Of a stretch of 36,406 bases of DNA, positions 10,635-20,271 are shown piece after piece. The notes beneath the pieces were generated by a model, which was given only the letters and a program-made list of their open reading frames with translations, did no database searches and was not told the DNA's origin. Positions within the stretch are counted from its first letter, which is position 1, and each line of letters starts with the position of its first letter. Source of the stretch: Snowella sp. (lineage in GTDB: Bacteria > Cyanobacteriota > Cyanobacteriia > Cyanobacteriales > Microcystaceae); assembly GCA_035285545.1 (NCBI GenBank), contig JAYKGY010000006.1, positions 1-36,406 of the forward strand. Reading direction: 5' to 3'. A program made the translations under genes and the position numbers.

Positions 10635-10697
10635 GCTGATCATTCCTGTTTACAGATTGAGTTACTCACCACGTTACTCATTGTTGATTCTGACTAA

Positions 10698-10714
10698 ATC
10701 ACTCTTCAGCTAGA
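10698..10714. promoter_or_regulatory. Putative shared regulator site, copy 2 (ATCACTCTTCAGCTAGA)
   Basis: 21 bp upstream of a minus-strand -10-like TAACGT at 10671-10676. Confidence 0.35.
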
Positions 10715-11053
10715 AATCTGTTTTCATCGTTGCCTTTCTTTCGGAACAGCTAGTTGAAAGATGCTTGTTTTTTGGGGTTAACCTAAAGATTTTTTAAAGC
10801 AAACTCAGCCATTAAAAGTGTATTCAATAAGCCTTGAAACTGATTTTTTAAGATAGAGCTTTTTAAAATTCAGCAGATCCCATTAGTAAATTTTCCTATT
10901 CCTTTTTATAGAGTAACCAAAATATTTACTCAATTAATTATTTTTGAAATTTATATTTTTTGAAATAATTGATTAAAATAAAAAGTTTATCCTATCAATC
11001 AATTCAATCAGCTTCTCAAACTCATCTATAAGCATCCAGATCTTTCTTCTGAT

Positions 11054-11093
11054 TTCTCTCTGGTCAATGATATTTAATCCCTCTTAGGGAAGG
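11054..11093. promoter_or_regulatory. Tandem putative regulator sites (TTCTCTCTGGTCAATGA; ATCCCTCTTAGGGAAGG) upstream of the SRPBCC operon
   Basis: Two 17-mers starting 23 bp apart, followed 23 bp later by -10-like TACTGT. Confidence 0.35.
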
Positions 11094-11192
11094 CGTATAA
11101 AGCAGCACATTTTGATTACTGTTTGATTACAGTCCTTGATAAAAACCATTGTCAAAAATCAAGAAGCTTAGCCTTATTTAAAGGTAAAAATC

Positions 11193-11897
11193 ATGGAACA
11201 AGTCACAACAAATCCATCGGAGATTACCTCATCGCCCAGAAGTAATGATCCATCAGAAATTGAACGGTGGGCTTCGCTGATTGGTGGTGGTGCCTTGATA
11301 CTGATGGGAATCCAACAGAGATCATTACGGGGCATCCTGACAACGATCGCTGGGGGAGGATTAATCTACCAGGGCATTACCAACCAAAGCACCATTGAAC
11401 AAGCTAAAGAAGCTCTGGGAGTTGATCAGGCAATCAAGGTGGAGAAAACCGTTACCATTCGTCGGCCAGCCGAAGATCTTTATAACTTCTGGCGCAATTT
11501 TGAAAATTTACCCACTTTTATGGAACATCTGCAATTCGTCAAAGTTTATAACGAGACGCGATCGCATTGGATTGCCACAGCTCCCTTACAAAATGTGGAA
11601 TGGGATGCAGAGATCATTAAGGATGAACCCCATCATTTGATTGCCTGGACTTCGGTTGAAGGGGCAGAAATTAATCATTCGGGCTTTATTCGCTTTCAAA
11701 ATGCCACGGGGGGACGGGGAACAGAAGTCAAAGTCGTCATGGAGTATCTGCCACCAGGCGGCGCGATCGCCAATTTAATTTCCAAAATTTTCGGGGAATC
11801 CCCGGAACAGCAGATTGGAGATGACCTGAGCCGCTTTAAACAATTAATGGAAGCGGGAGAAATTGCCACCATTGAAGGGCAAAGCCGTTGTGCTTAA
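11193..11897 (+). CDS. SRPBCC (polyketide cyclase/dehydrase-like) protein with N-terminal DUF2892-like membrane segment
   Basis: 'ERWASLIGG' TM hairpin; 'VTIRRPAEDLYNFWRNFENLPTFM', 'SHW', 'WDAEI', 'DLSRFKQLMEAGEIAT'. Confidence 0.88.
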   Translation: MEQVTTNPSEITSSPRSNDPSEIERWASLIGGGALILMGIQQRSLRGILTTIAGGGLIYQGITNQSTIEQAKEALGVDQAIKVEKTVTIRRPAEDLYNFWRNFENLPTFMEHLQFVKVYNETRSHWIATAPLQNVEWDAEIIKDEPHHLIAWTSVEGAEINHSGFIRFQNATGGRGTEVKVVMEYLPPGGAIANLISKIFGESPEQQIGDDLSRFKQLMEAGEIATIEGQSRCA

Positions 11898-11915
11898 GGC
11901 TGAGAGGAGTTAGTC

Positions 11916-12302
11916 ATGCTGACGTTAATAAAACCTTTTTTAACCCGTTTTTTATCCGTTCTTTTGCTTCAAATTGTCTTGATTTTAGGGTTATTTTTTG
12001 GGAATTATGTACCCGCGATCGCCGATGATGCCTCATCAAAGCCTTATTACTTAATTCAAGACAATCCTTCCTCATCTAAACCTTATTACTTGAATCGGAA
12101 AAACTTTAAAAAGTCTCATACTCAACAATCCCAGAAAAGCTCTTCTGCAAAAGCCAAAGAAGAACCCGAAACTTTTACTGAAACGCTTGTAGAAAAGCTG
12201 AATCTCCATGAACCTCGGCCCGAAAGCGCCAAAAAAGTAATCGACCAAATCAAAGGGAATCTCCCTATTGAAGATACGACCCATCCCGACGCAAATTATT
12301 AG
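11916..12302 (+). CDS. Hypothetical secreted protein
   Basis: GAGGAG RBS; signal peptide ending PAIA; duplicated SSKPYYL; tight operon spacing. Confidence 0.7.
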   Translation: MLTLIKPFLTRFLSVLLLQIVLILGLFFGNYVPAIADDASSKPYYLIQDNPSSSKPYYLNRKNFKKSHTQQSQKSSSAKAKEEPETFTETLVEKLNLHEPRPESAKKVIDQIKGNLPIEDTTHPDANY

Positions 12303-12311
12303 GAGTTAATC

Positions 12312-13478
12312 ATGAAAGCAGTCTGTTGGCACGGAGCCAATGATGTCCGCGTAGACAATGCCCCCGATCCCAAAATCCTCAATCCCCGTGATGCCATTAT
12401 CAAAGTCACATCAACCGCGATCTGTGGTTCCGATCTCCACCTCTATGACGGCTATATTCCCACCATGCAATCGGGGGATATTCTCGGCCATGAATTTATG
12501 GGAGAAGTGGTAGAAATTGGTTCAGAAGTGAAGCGAATCAAGGTGGGGCAACGGGTGGTTGTACCTTTTACGATCGCTTGTGGTAACTGTTTCTTCTGTC
12601 AGCGAGATCTCTGGTCACTTTGCGATAACACCAACCCCAATGCCTGGATGGTCGAAAAACTCTATGGCCATTCCCCTAGTGGGCTATTTGGTTACTCTCA
12701 CATGATGGGTGGCTACGCTGGCGGGCAGGCCGAATATGCGCGGGTTCCCCATGCCGATGTGGGATTATTGGAAATTCCTGATGGATTAAGTGATGAACAG
12801 GTGTTATTTTTAACGGATATTTTCCCCACAGGTTACATGGCTGCCGAAAACTGCAATATTCAACAGGGTGATACGGTTGCGGTCTGGGGATGTGGGCCGG
12901 TTGGTCAGTTCGGCATTCGTAGTGCGTTTATGTTAGGGGCAGAACGGGTAATTGCGATTGATCGTTTTCCTGAACGTTTAGCCTTAGCCCGCCAAGCAGG
13001 TGCAGAGATCATTAACTACGAAGAAATGGATGCCGGAATTGCCCTCAAAGAAATGACGGGGGGAATGGGCCCCGATGCCTGTATGGATGCCGTCGGCATG
13101 GAAGCTCACGGAACCGACGCGATCGCGCTCTATGATCAAATTAAGCAAACCTTCCGCATGGAAACCGACCGACCAATGGTCTTACGGCAAGCGATCGTTG
13201 CCTGTCGTAAAGGAGGAACCGTTTCTATCCCTGGGGTGTATGGCGGCTTTATTGATAAAGTTCCCATCGGAGCCGTCGTCAATAAAGGACTCACCCTCAA
13301 ATCTGGGCAAACCCATGTCCATCGCTATCTTCGACCCCTCCTAGAGCGCATTCAAAACGGGGATATTGATCCAACTTTCGTGATTACTCACCGTTTACCC
13401 CTAGAAGAAGCCCCCCACGCCTACGAAATCTTTAAACATAAACGGGATAACTGCATTAAAGTCGTTCTTAAACCGTAG
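12312..13478 (+). CDS. Zinc-dependent alcohol dehydrogenase (YbdR / glutathione-dependent formaldehyde dehydrogenase-like)
   Basis: ICGSDLH, GHEFMG, structural Zn CGNCFFC...C, Rossmann GCGPVG; AGGAG RBS. Confidence 0.92.
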   Translation: MKAVCWHGANDVRVDNAPDPKILNPRDAIIKVTSTAICGSDLHLYDGYIPTMQSGDILGHEFMGEVVEIGSEVKRIKVGQRVVVPFTIACGNCFFCQRDLWSLCDNTNPNAWMVEKLYGHSPSGLFGYSHMMGGYAGGQAEYARVPHADVGLLEIPDGLSDEQVLFLTDIFPTGYMAAENCNIQQGDTVAVWGCGPVGQFGIRSAFMLGAERVIAIDRFPERLALARQAGAEIINYEEMDAGIALKEMTGGMGPDACMDAVGMEAHGTDAIALYDQIKQTFRMETDRPMVLRQAIVACRKGGTVSIPGVYGGFIDKVPIGAVVNKGLTLKSGQTHVHRYLRPLLERIQNGDIDPTFVITHRLPLEEAPHAYEIFKHKRDNCIKVVLKP

Positions 13479-13576
13479 TCAAGGCTTGTTGATGAAGTTA
13501 GAGTTGGTTTTAACCTCTACGTTAATTAACCATCGACTTAAGCCTATCTCTTCTTACTTTTCTGACTTTAAATCCC

Positions 13577-13617
13577 ATCTAGAAGCCAACTTAGCCGTTA
13601 TTCTTCTAGATTTTTTT
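13577..13617 (+). terminator. Probable rho-independent terminator after the SRPBCC-dehydrogenase operon
   Basis: ATCTAGAAG...CTTCTAGAT inverted repeat followed by a T run; the loop is large (17 nt). Confidence 0.5.
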
Positions 13618-13716
13618 ATGCCAAAAATCCCATCAAACTTCATCAGCCAGTCTTACGGATTAGAAAAATGTTAGAATTAACAGCCATTAAGCCCCTTTAA
13701 TCCGCCCAATCGTTTC

Positions 13717-16278
13717 ATGAAAACTTCTTTTGGGAAACTAAGTTCAATCGTCCTATGGTTTAGCGTGATTCTCTACGCCTCCTCGATCCGCGCTCAAATC
13801 AGCAGTGATGGAACCCTAACCCATCCCAGCAGCGTCAACAGTCCTGATAATCTGAACTTCACCATTACCAATGGAACCCCTGTCGGCGGGAATTTGTTTC
13901 ATAGTTTCCGGACATTTTCTATCCCCACCAATGGATCGGCTGCTTTTGTTTTTTCCCCTGAAATCAGTAACGTCATCAGTCGAGTAACGGGCAATCAACG
14001 TTCTTTCATTGATGGCAGCTTAGCTACATCTGGGCCGGCTAACGTTTTCTTTCTTAATCCCAACGGAATTCTGTTCGGGCCGAATGCTTCCCTCAATATT
14101 GCAGGGTCTTTTTTAGCCACTACCGCCCAAGGAATCCGTTTTGCTGACGGTCAAATCTTTAGTACATCCCCTAGCTCCCAGAAGCCATTACTTAGCATGA
14201 GTGTTCCTGTGGGGTTGCAATTTGGAAATCAGGCCAATAGCATTCAAGTCCAGCAAAGTAACCTGCTTTTGCCACCTGGTCAAACCCTTGGCTTAGTCGG
14301 GGGAGAATTATTGTTAAACCGCAGTAACATCTCCATTTTTGGCGGTAGGGTTGAATTAGGGAGTGTGGGAGCGAATAGTGAGGTCAGCATTCAAAGCAAT
14401 GGACAAGGCTACCGCTTAGGCTACGGCAATGTAGAAAATTTTCAAAATATTCACTTAATGAATGGGGCCTTCGTCGATGTTACCGATCTTTCGCCGTTGT
14501 TTGGCAGCGAAGAAATTGGGAGTGGATCGGTTCAAGCTTTTGGGCGAGAAATTAAATTAACGGATGGATCGAGCATTGCCTCTGCCAATTTAGGCGAAAA
14601 AGTGGGCCAACCGATCACGATTTCAGCAACTGAATCGATTCAGCTTTTAGGCACAGGTAAACTTGTAACTTCCCAATCCGGCGATGTCAGTTCTAGTGGC
14701 ATCGGCACCATTACGGTGGGGAATGGACAAGGGGGAGATATTGAGCTAACAACCCAACGTTTAATGGTGAAAGATGGGGCTGGGATTAGTACTCGTTCTG
14801 CGATTATTCCGGATTTTAACCCTAATCCCTTGGGGAGTAGTGGCAATATCACGATTCGGGCTTCAGATTCGATTACGTTGTCAGGGAGTTCTCCGGCGGT
14901 AGGAGCTAGTGCCTTACTTGCGCTGACCCAAACACCAGGCCAAGCGGGCAATATTAATCTCATAACAGGAACGTTAACCCTGCTCGATGGCGGTAAAATT
15001 TCGGCTCAAACTTTAGCCTCAGGTCAGGGCGGAAATTTAAATATCGTCGCCTCTCAAGGCATTATTTTAAGGGGTCAAGGCATTGACCTTTTCTTTGACG
15101 CTAATGGGATACCCAGCTTTTTTTCCTCGCCGAGTACCTTAATTGTGACCAGCCAGGGAAGCGGTCAAGCCGGAAATTTAGCGATCGCGACCCCCCGATT
15201 AACCGTATCCGACCAAGCAGAAATTGCAGCGAGTAGTTTACAGACCGGAAATGGGGGAAATATTACGATTAATGCCAATCAAATTGAATTACAGCGAGGG
15301 GGAAAATTATTAGCCAATAGTGAAGCCCAGGGACAGGCAGGAAATTTAACCCTTTGGTCGGATCAAGTGCGATTAGATAACGCCGCTAAAATTACCGTCA
15401 GTAGTTCCGGTACGGGCAACGCAGGTAATCTAAGCATTCAAGCTGAAGATATCGTTTTAGATCATCAAAGCCAACTCATCGCCGAGACGGCCACCGGAGA
15501 AGGGGGAAATATCAATCTCGACCTAACCGGTATTTTACGCCTACGCAATAATAGTTTGATTTCAGCCACCGCAGGTACGGCAGGAGGGGGAGGCAATGGG
15601 GGAAACATCGAGATTAATTCTCAATTTGTCGTTGGTTTTCCGCCAGAAAATAGCGATATCATTGCCAATGCTTTTACCGGACAGGGAGGCAATATTCAGA
15701 TTAATGCTTTGGGAATTTTTGGCATCGAACCCAGGGCAAATACTACTCCGTTAAGTGATATTACGGCCAGTTCCACCTTCGGCCAGTTTGGGGTTATTTC
15801 GATCAATCGTATTGATGTCGATCCCCAAAGTAGTCTATTGAATCTACCCATGGAAGTGATTGATCCCCGCAATTTGATTGTTCAAGCCTGTGGCCAAGGG
15901 GGAGATTTTAGTCGAGGGACTTTTTATATTACCGGAAGAGGCGGTTTACCCCCCAATCCCCAACAAAGTTTAGAAACCCATACAGGATTAACCGATTTAG
16001 GGTATCCTAACACTAACATCAAGCCACCGGCTGATTCTTTCCCCAAAAATCCTCAATTTACTCCTCCGCCCTCAAAATCGAGTACACTCAAAACAAAATC
16101 TATTATTGAAGCTCAAGGATGGCGCAAAGATCCTCACGGCAATATTGTGTTAACGGCTCAGGCGAAGGCTGGCAAGTCCAATACGTCGGGGTTGAATTCC
16201 CCTACTTGCCATGATTTGTCCAGTTTCCCGATCCTTTCTTCGACAGTGTTTGCTAGTCGGACTCCTGTGGCTCGGTAG
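13717..16278 (+). CDS. Filamentous hemagglutinin N-terminal domain exoprotein (TpsA-like)
   Basis: Signal peptide; TPS motifs NLFHSF, SRVTG, FFLNPNGILFG; repeated GxGGNIxI beta-helix units; cyanobacterial C-terminal motifs FYITGRGGLP and IIEAQGW. Confidence 0.92.
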   Translation: MKTSFGKLSSIVLWFSVILYASSIRAQISSDGTLTHPSSVNSPDNLNFTITNGTPVGGNLFHSFRTFSIPTNGSAAFVFSPEISNVISRVTGNQRSFIDGSLATSGPANVFFLNPNGILFGPNASLNIAGSFLATTAQGIRFADGQIFSTSPSSQKPLLSMSVPVGLQFGNQANSIQVQQSNLLLPPGQTLGLVGGELLLNRSNISIFGGRVELGSVGANSEVSIQSNGQGYRLGYGNVENFQNIHLMNGAFVDVTDLSPLFGSEEIGSGSVQAFGREIKLTDGSSIASANLGEKVGQPITISATESIQLLGTGKLVTSQSGDVSSSGIGTITVGNGQGGDIELTTQRLMVKDGAGISTRSAIIPDFNPNPLGSSGNITIRASDSITLSGSSPAVGASALLALTQTPGQAGNINLITGTLTLLDGGKISAQTLASGQGGNLNIVASQGIILRGQGIDLFFDANGIPSFFSSPSTLIVTSQGSGQAGNLAIATPRLTVSDQAEIAASSLQTGNGGNITINANQIELQRGGKLLANSEAQGQAGNLTLWSDQVRLDNAAKITVSSSGTGNAGNLSIQAEDIVLDHQSQLIAETATGEGGNINLDLTGILRLRNNSLISATAGTAGGGGNGGNIEINSQFVVGFPPENSDIIANAFTGQGGNIQINALGIFGIEPRANTTPLSDITASSTFGQFGVISINRIDVDPQSSLLNLPMEVIDPRNLIVQACGQGGDFSRGTFYITGRGGLPPNPQQSLETHTGLTDLGYPNTNIKPPADSFPKNPQFTPPPSKSSTLKTKSIIEAQGWRKDPHGNIVLTAQAKAGKSNTSGLNSPTCHDLSSFPILSSTVFASRTPVAR

Positions 16279-17944
16279 TTCCCGTGTGGGTTTAACTCAA
16301 ATTCGGCTTGGCCCACCCCCACCGCCGCCTGTTCAAACCCCAACGCCCCAACCGCTTCCCATTCCGCCACCTGAAGATTTGTTAATTCCCCAAGCTCCGA
16401 TCGCGCCGCCTGAGCCGACCGATATTCAGCCGTCCTTAGAAGAGAGTTCGGAAAAAATCACGGTTCAAGCCTTTCAATTTGAAGGAAATACGGTTTTTAG
16501 CCAAGAAGAATTGGCCGCTGTAGTTCAATCGTTTACGCAGCGATCGCTGACCTTTGAGGAATTATTGCAAGCCCGTTCTGCCATTACCCAGTTTTATGTT
16601 GATCGGGGTTACGTCACCTCTGGAGCCTATATTCCGCCCCAAACCCTAGAAAACGGCATTGTGGTCATCCAAATCATCGAAGGCAGTCTAGAAGCCATTA
16701 ACGTCACAGTTGACGGCAAATTAAACCCTAATTACGTCAGCGATCGCCTGTGGTTAGCCGGAACGACTCCCTTAAATATTCCCCGACTCCTAGAAGCTCT
16801 CCAGTTACTTCAACTCAATCCCATCATTGACAATATTTCGGCCCAACTTGCTGCCAGTACCGAACCAGGGCAAAGTATTCTCGATGTATCTGTGCAAGCC
16901 GCCCGTTCCTTTTATCCCAGTATTATTTTGGATAATGGTCGCAATCCCCAGGTGGGAAGTTTTCGGCGAGGCGGAACCCTAGAAGAAATTAATCTTTCAG
17001 GTAATGGGGATCGGCTGACAGGAACCTATCTCAATACCGACGGTAGCGACGAAATTGATCTGGGTTATAGTTTACCGATCACGCCTCAAAATACAACGAT
17101 TAATTTAAGTTTTCGCAATATTACCTCAGAAATTATCGAATATCCCTTTAGTCTGCTGGATCTCCATTCCGATTACCAAAAATACACAATTGGTGTCCGC
17201 CATCCCCTCTGGCAAACCCCCTACCATGAATTTGTGCTGGGGTTAGCCTTTTCTCATCAAACCAGTTCCACGACCTTACTCGGCTCTCCCTTTCCCTCAC
17301 GGGGAACGGATATTGAAGGAAATATTCGCCTTTCCACCTTGAGTTTTTCCCAAGAATGGCTACAACGCAGTGAAACCGATGTTTTGGCATTGCGTTCTGA
17401 ATTTGATCTCGGTATTAATGCCTTTAATACAACCGTTCCCTTTGATGCCCCCTATAATCTTGATACGCCTAACTCCAACTATTTTCTTTGGCGAGGTCAG
17501 GGACAATGGGTGCATTTACTCGGCCCAGATTTTCTTTTCCTCACTCGATTTAATCTGCAAGTCGCCAATAGCACTTTGCCCTCTTTAGAACAATTTGCTT
17601 TAGGCGGTTTAGGGAGTGTGGTCGGTTATCGTCAAAATACCCTTTTAACCGATAATGGGGCCTTTGCTGCGGTAGAACTGAGGGTTCCGCTTTATCGCAT
17701 TCCAGAAGAAAAAGCCGTTTTACAACTAATCCCCTTTGTCAATTGGGGAACCGGCTGGAATCATCAAACCCCCGATCCGGATATTAATACCTTAGCTTCG
17801 GTTGGGTTAGGCTTACAGTGGCAACATGGCAAAAATTTTAGTGCTCGTATTGATTGGGGTAAACGATTAGGAAAAATTCCTTACATTAAAGGAAATAGTT
17901 GGCAAGATGACGGCATTATTTTTAGTGTCATTTTCACCCCTTAA
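16211..17944 (+). CDS. ShlB/FhaC/HecB family outer-membrane transporter (TpsB)
   Basis: Pro-rich N-terminus; POTRA 'FEGNTVFS...ITQFYVDRGYVTSGA...IIEG'; barrel motif 'EQFALGGLGSVVGY'; C-terminal aromatic strand. Confidence 0.92.
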   Translation: MICPVSRSFLRQCLLVGLLWLGSSRVGLTQIRLGPPPPPPVQTPTPQPLPIPPPEDLLIPQAPIAPPEPTDIQPSLEESSEKITVQAFQFEGNTVFSQEELAAVVQSFTQRSLTFEELLQARSAITQFYVDRGYVTSGAYIPPQTLENGIVVIQIIEGSLEAINVTVDGKLNPNYVSDRLWLAGTTPLNIPRLLEALQLLQLNPIIDNISAQLAASTEPGQSILDVSVQAARSFYPSIILDNGRNPQVGSFRRGGTLEEINLSGNGDRLTGTYLNTDGSDEIDLGYSLPITPQNTTINLSFRNITSEIIEYPFSLLDLHSDYQKYTIGVRHPLWQTPYHEFVLGLAFSHQTSSTTLLGSPFPSRGTDIEGNIRLSTLSFSQEWLQRSETDVLALRSEFDLGINAFNTTVPFDAPYNLDTPNSNYFLWRGQGQWVHLLGPDFLFLTRFNLQVANSTLPSLEQFALGGLGSVVGYRQNTLLTDNGAFAAVELRVPLYRIPEEKAVLQLIPFVNWGTGWNHQTPDPDINTLASVGLGLQWQHGKNFSARIDWGKRLGKIPYIKGNSWQDDGIIFSVIFTP

Positions 17945-17948
17945 CCCC

Positions 17949-18998
17949 CTATTCTTCTGATTGATAAAGTTCCATCACCTCGGTAATGGGTAAACGCGAT
18001 CGCACCCCCAGATTTAACGACGAAAAATGACCGCGATCGCAATGGTCAGATGCTGCACAGGCAATCATGGCCGCATTATCGGTACAAAATTTAAGAAGGG
18101 GAAAATAAACCTGAAGGTCTTTTTCTTGAGCAGCTTGCTGTAAATGATGTCTCAAACGACTATTGGCCGCGACTCCTCCCCCAATGGCGATGGTTTTAAT
18201 GCCGTAATCTAAGGCGCATTGCACCGTTCGACGGGTTAAGGATTTAGCAACGGTCTCTTGAAAGCTGGCCGCAAGATCGGCGATCGCCAAGGGTTTGTCT
18301 TCTTTTTCCAACTGCTGAACCAATCGCAACACGGCGGTTTTTAAACCACTAAAACTGGAATCGTAGGGATGATAACCCCCATTGGGCAAAGAAATCCGTC
18401 CTTCCGGCAAATTAAAGGCATTCCCATTCCCTTCTTTCGCCGCCTTATCAATGGCTGGGCCACCTGGATAACCCAACTTTAATAAACGGGCCACCTTATC
18501 AAACGCCTCTCCTGCCGCATCATCACGGGTTGTCCCCAATTGTTCATAATCACCGCAATTTTTGACATGAATTAAACTCGTATGTCCCCCCGAAACTAAT
18601 AAACATAAAAACGGCGGTTCTAAATCGGGCTGACTTAAATAACTGGCGTAAATATGCCCTTCTAAATGGTGAACGCCTATAAACTTTTTCTGATGTACCA
18701 TTGCCAAGGTCTTAGCAGCCGTAATTCCGACCATTAAGGCTCCCACTAATCCGGGCGCAACGGTCGCAGCGATCGCGTCAATCTCGTTCCACGTTAATCC
18801 ACTTTCTCTTAAAGCTTGTTCAATCCCCGGATTAATTAACGCTAAATGTTGACGAGAAGCCACCTCTGGCACCACCCCACCATAGACCTGATGAATAGGA
18901 ATTTGGGAAGCAACAATATTACTACAAACGTTACGATTCTTTACAATTGCGACGGCAGTTTCATCACAGCTTGTTTCTATTGCTAAAATGGTTGCCAT
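17949..18998 (-). CDS. tsaD: tRNA N6-threonylcarbamoyladenosine synthesis protein TsaD
   Basis: ILAIETSCDET, GGVVPEVASRQH, HHLEGH, LLVSGGHT, DDAAGEAFDK, SFSGLKT, CTDNAAMI. Confidence 0.97.
   Translation of the reverse strand: MATILAIETSCDETAVAIVKNRNVCSNIVASQIPIHQVYGGVVPEVASRQHLALINPGIEQALRESGLTWNEIDAIAATVAPGLVGALMVGITAAKTLAMVHQKKFIGVHHLEGHIYASYLSQPDLEPPFLCLLVSGGHTSLIHVKNCGDYEQLGTTRDDAAGEAFDKVARLLKLGYPGGPAIDKAAKEGNGNAFNLPEGRISLPNGGYHPYDSSFSGLKTAVLRLVQQLEKEDKPLAIADLAASFQETVAKSLTRRTVQCALDYGIKTIAIGGGVAANSRLRHHLQQAAQEKDLQVYFPLLKFCTDNAAMIACAASDHCDRGHFSSLNLGVRSRLPITEVMELYQSEE
18930..18989 (+). promoter_or_regulatory. Probable psaFJ promoter inside tsaD: HLR1 (RpaB) direct repeat plus extended -10
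   Basis: GTTACGAT-tc-TTTACAAT at 18930-18947 matches HLR1 (G/T)TTACA(T/A)(T/A)-N2 with one mismatch; TGcTAAAAT at 18981-18989. Confidence 0.6.
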
Positions 18999-19147
18999 TC
19001 TGTTGTTGGGAAGCTCAAAGACTACTTTTTATAACCGAATCTTTACTCTATTGACGGGTCAGAGTAAGATCACTTCAAGGTACTTACTGATCCTGTCACG
19101 TTTTGTACAAAAAACTTAGCCTTTTGTAACAAAAGGAAACAATTCTT

Positions 19148-19645
19148 ATGAAACAATTGTTGGCTTTTCTTCTGGCCTTAACCCTTTGGTTTAACTTTTC
19201 ACCTGCTGCTTCAGCGGATGACTTCGCTAATTTAACACCCTGTAGCGAAAATCCCGCTTATTTAGCAAAAGCGAAAAACTTTCTCAATACCACCAGCGAT
19301 CCTAATTCGGGCAAAATTCGGGCAGAACGTTATGCTCAAGCCCTCTGCGGCCCGGAAGGCTATCCTCACCTGATCGTCGATGGCCGTTTTAGTCACATGG
19401 GAGATTTCCTCATTCCTAGCATTCTCTTCCTTTATATTGCAGGTTGGATCGGCTGGGTTGGTCGCGCTTACCTCATTGAAATCAAAAAAGGAAAAGATCC
19501 CGAACTCAAAGAAGTTGTCATTGATGTGCCCTTAGCTATTTCCAAAATGCTGGGTGGTTTCCTCTGGCCTTTAGCAGCAGTAGGAGAATTTACTTCCGGT
19601 AAACTGATTGTTAAAGATTCTGAAATTCCGACCTCTCCGCGTTAG
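19148..19645 (+). CDS. psaF: Photosystem I reaction center subunit III
   Basis: LTPCSE...[14 protein letters not shown]...[16 protein letters not shown]...SPR; signal peptide ending ASA. Confidence 0.98.
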   Translation: MKQLLAFLLALTLWFNFSPAASADDFANLTPCSENPAYLAKAKNFLNTTSDPNSGKIRAERYAQALCGPEGYPHLIVDGRFSHMGDFLIPSILFLYIAGWIGWVGRAYLIEIKKGKDPELKEVVIDVPLAISKMLGGFLWPLAAVGEFTSGKLIVKDSEIPTSPR

Positions 19646-19699
19646 GGCGAATATTAAACCCTTTTTTTGTTTAATTACTTTTATTTTGGAGACTCATTC

Positions 19700-19828
19700 A
19701 TGGACGGATTGCCTAAGTTCTTATCTACTGCCCCTGTGTTAATCATGGCCTTATTAACCTTTACGGCTGGCATTTTAATTGAATTCAATCGTTTTTACCC
19801 CGATCTTCTTTTCCATCCTTTAGGATAA
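19700..19828 (+). CDS. psaJ: Photosystem I reaction center subunit IX
   Basis: Not in the ORF track. Manual translation [49 protein letters not shown]; canonical psaF-psaJ order. Confidence 0.97.
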   Translation: MDGLPKFLSTAPVLIMALLTFTAGILIEFNRFYPDLLFHPLG

Positions 19829-19857
19829 AAATTTTAAGAAATTGCGGGAATTTAATG

Positions 19858-19898
19858 AAGGGATTAGTCATCAGGCTTGGGCTTGCGCTAGTCCCTTT
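19858..19898 (+). terminator. Hairpin/terminator after psaFJ
   Basis: AAGGGATTAGT...GCTAGTCCCTT stem followed by T/A. Confidence 0.55.
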
Positions 19899-20271
19899 AA
19901 CTGTTTAAAGTTACGCTTAAGGAGTTCAGGACTTTTCTGTACCGCTAAGCGACTCCTCCCCCTTCGATTCGAGCTTCTATCGCTTGGCTACAACTCATAA
20001 ACGATCAAAATTTTATTCCCAATAACCGCGACTCTTCACTGCTAAAACATGATAATAAGCTCTTGGGCGATCGCCAGAGTCTAACCTTCTCCGCATCCTC
20101 CAAACGGCTGAATTTATCAGGGTTTGCCCTATTCATTGAGTGGCGACATACTCTATCATCATACATAATTGTTTCGGGCTAAACGCGATACGCAAAGTCT
20201 CTCCACTCCCTAAAATAGAGATAGAGAAATCGCACCGTTGCGCCCCTGTTGCCTAAAAGAGGACAAAGCAA

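Noticed and set aside
13486..13674. 62-aa ORF after the dehydrogenase
   Set aside because: TTG start, no RBS, spans a terminator-like hairpin, no recognisable motif.
20105..20205. c-di-GMP-I riboswitch-like words (GGCAAACC, ACGCAAAG)
   Set aside because: The two words are on opposite strands and do not form the required architecture.
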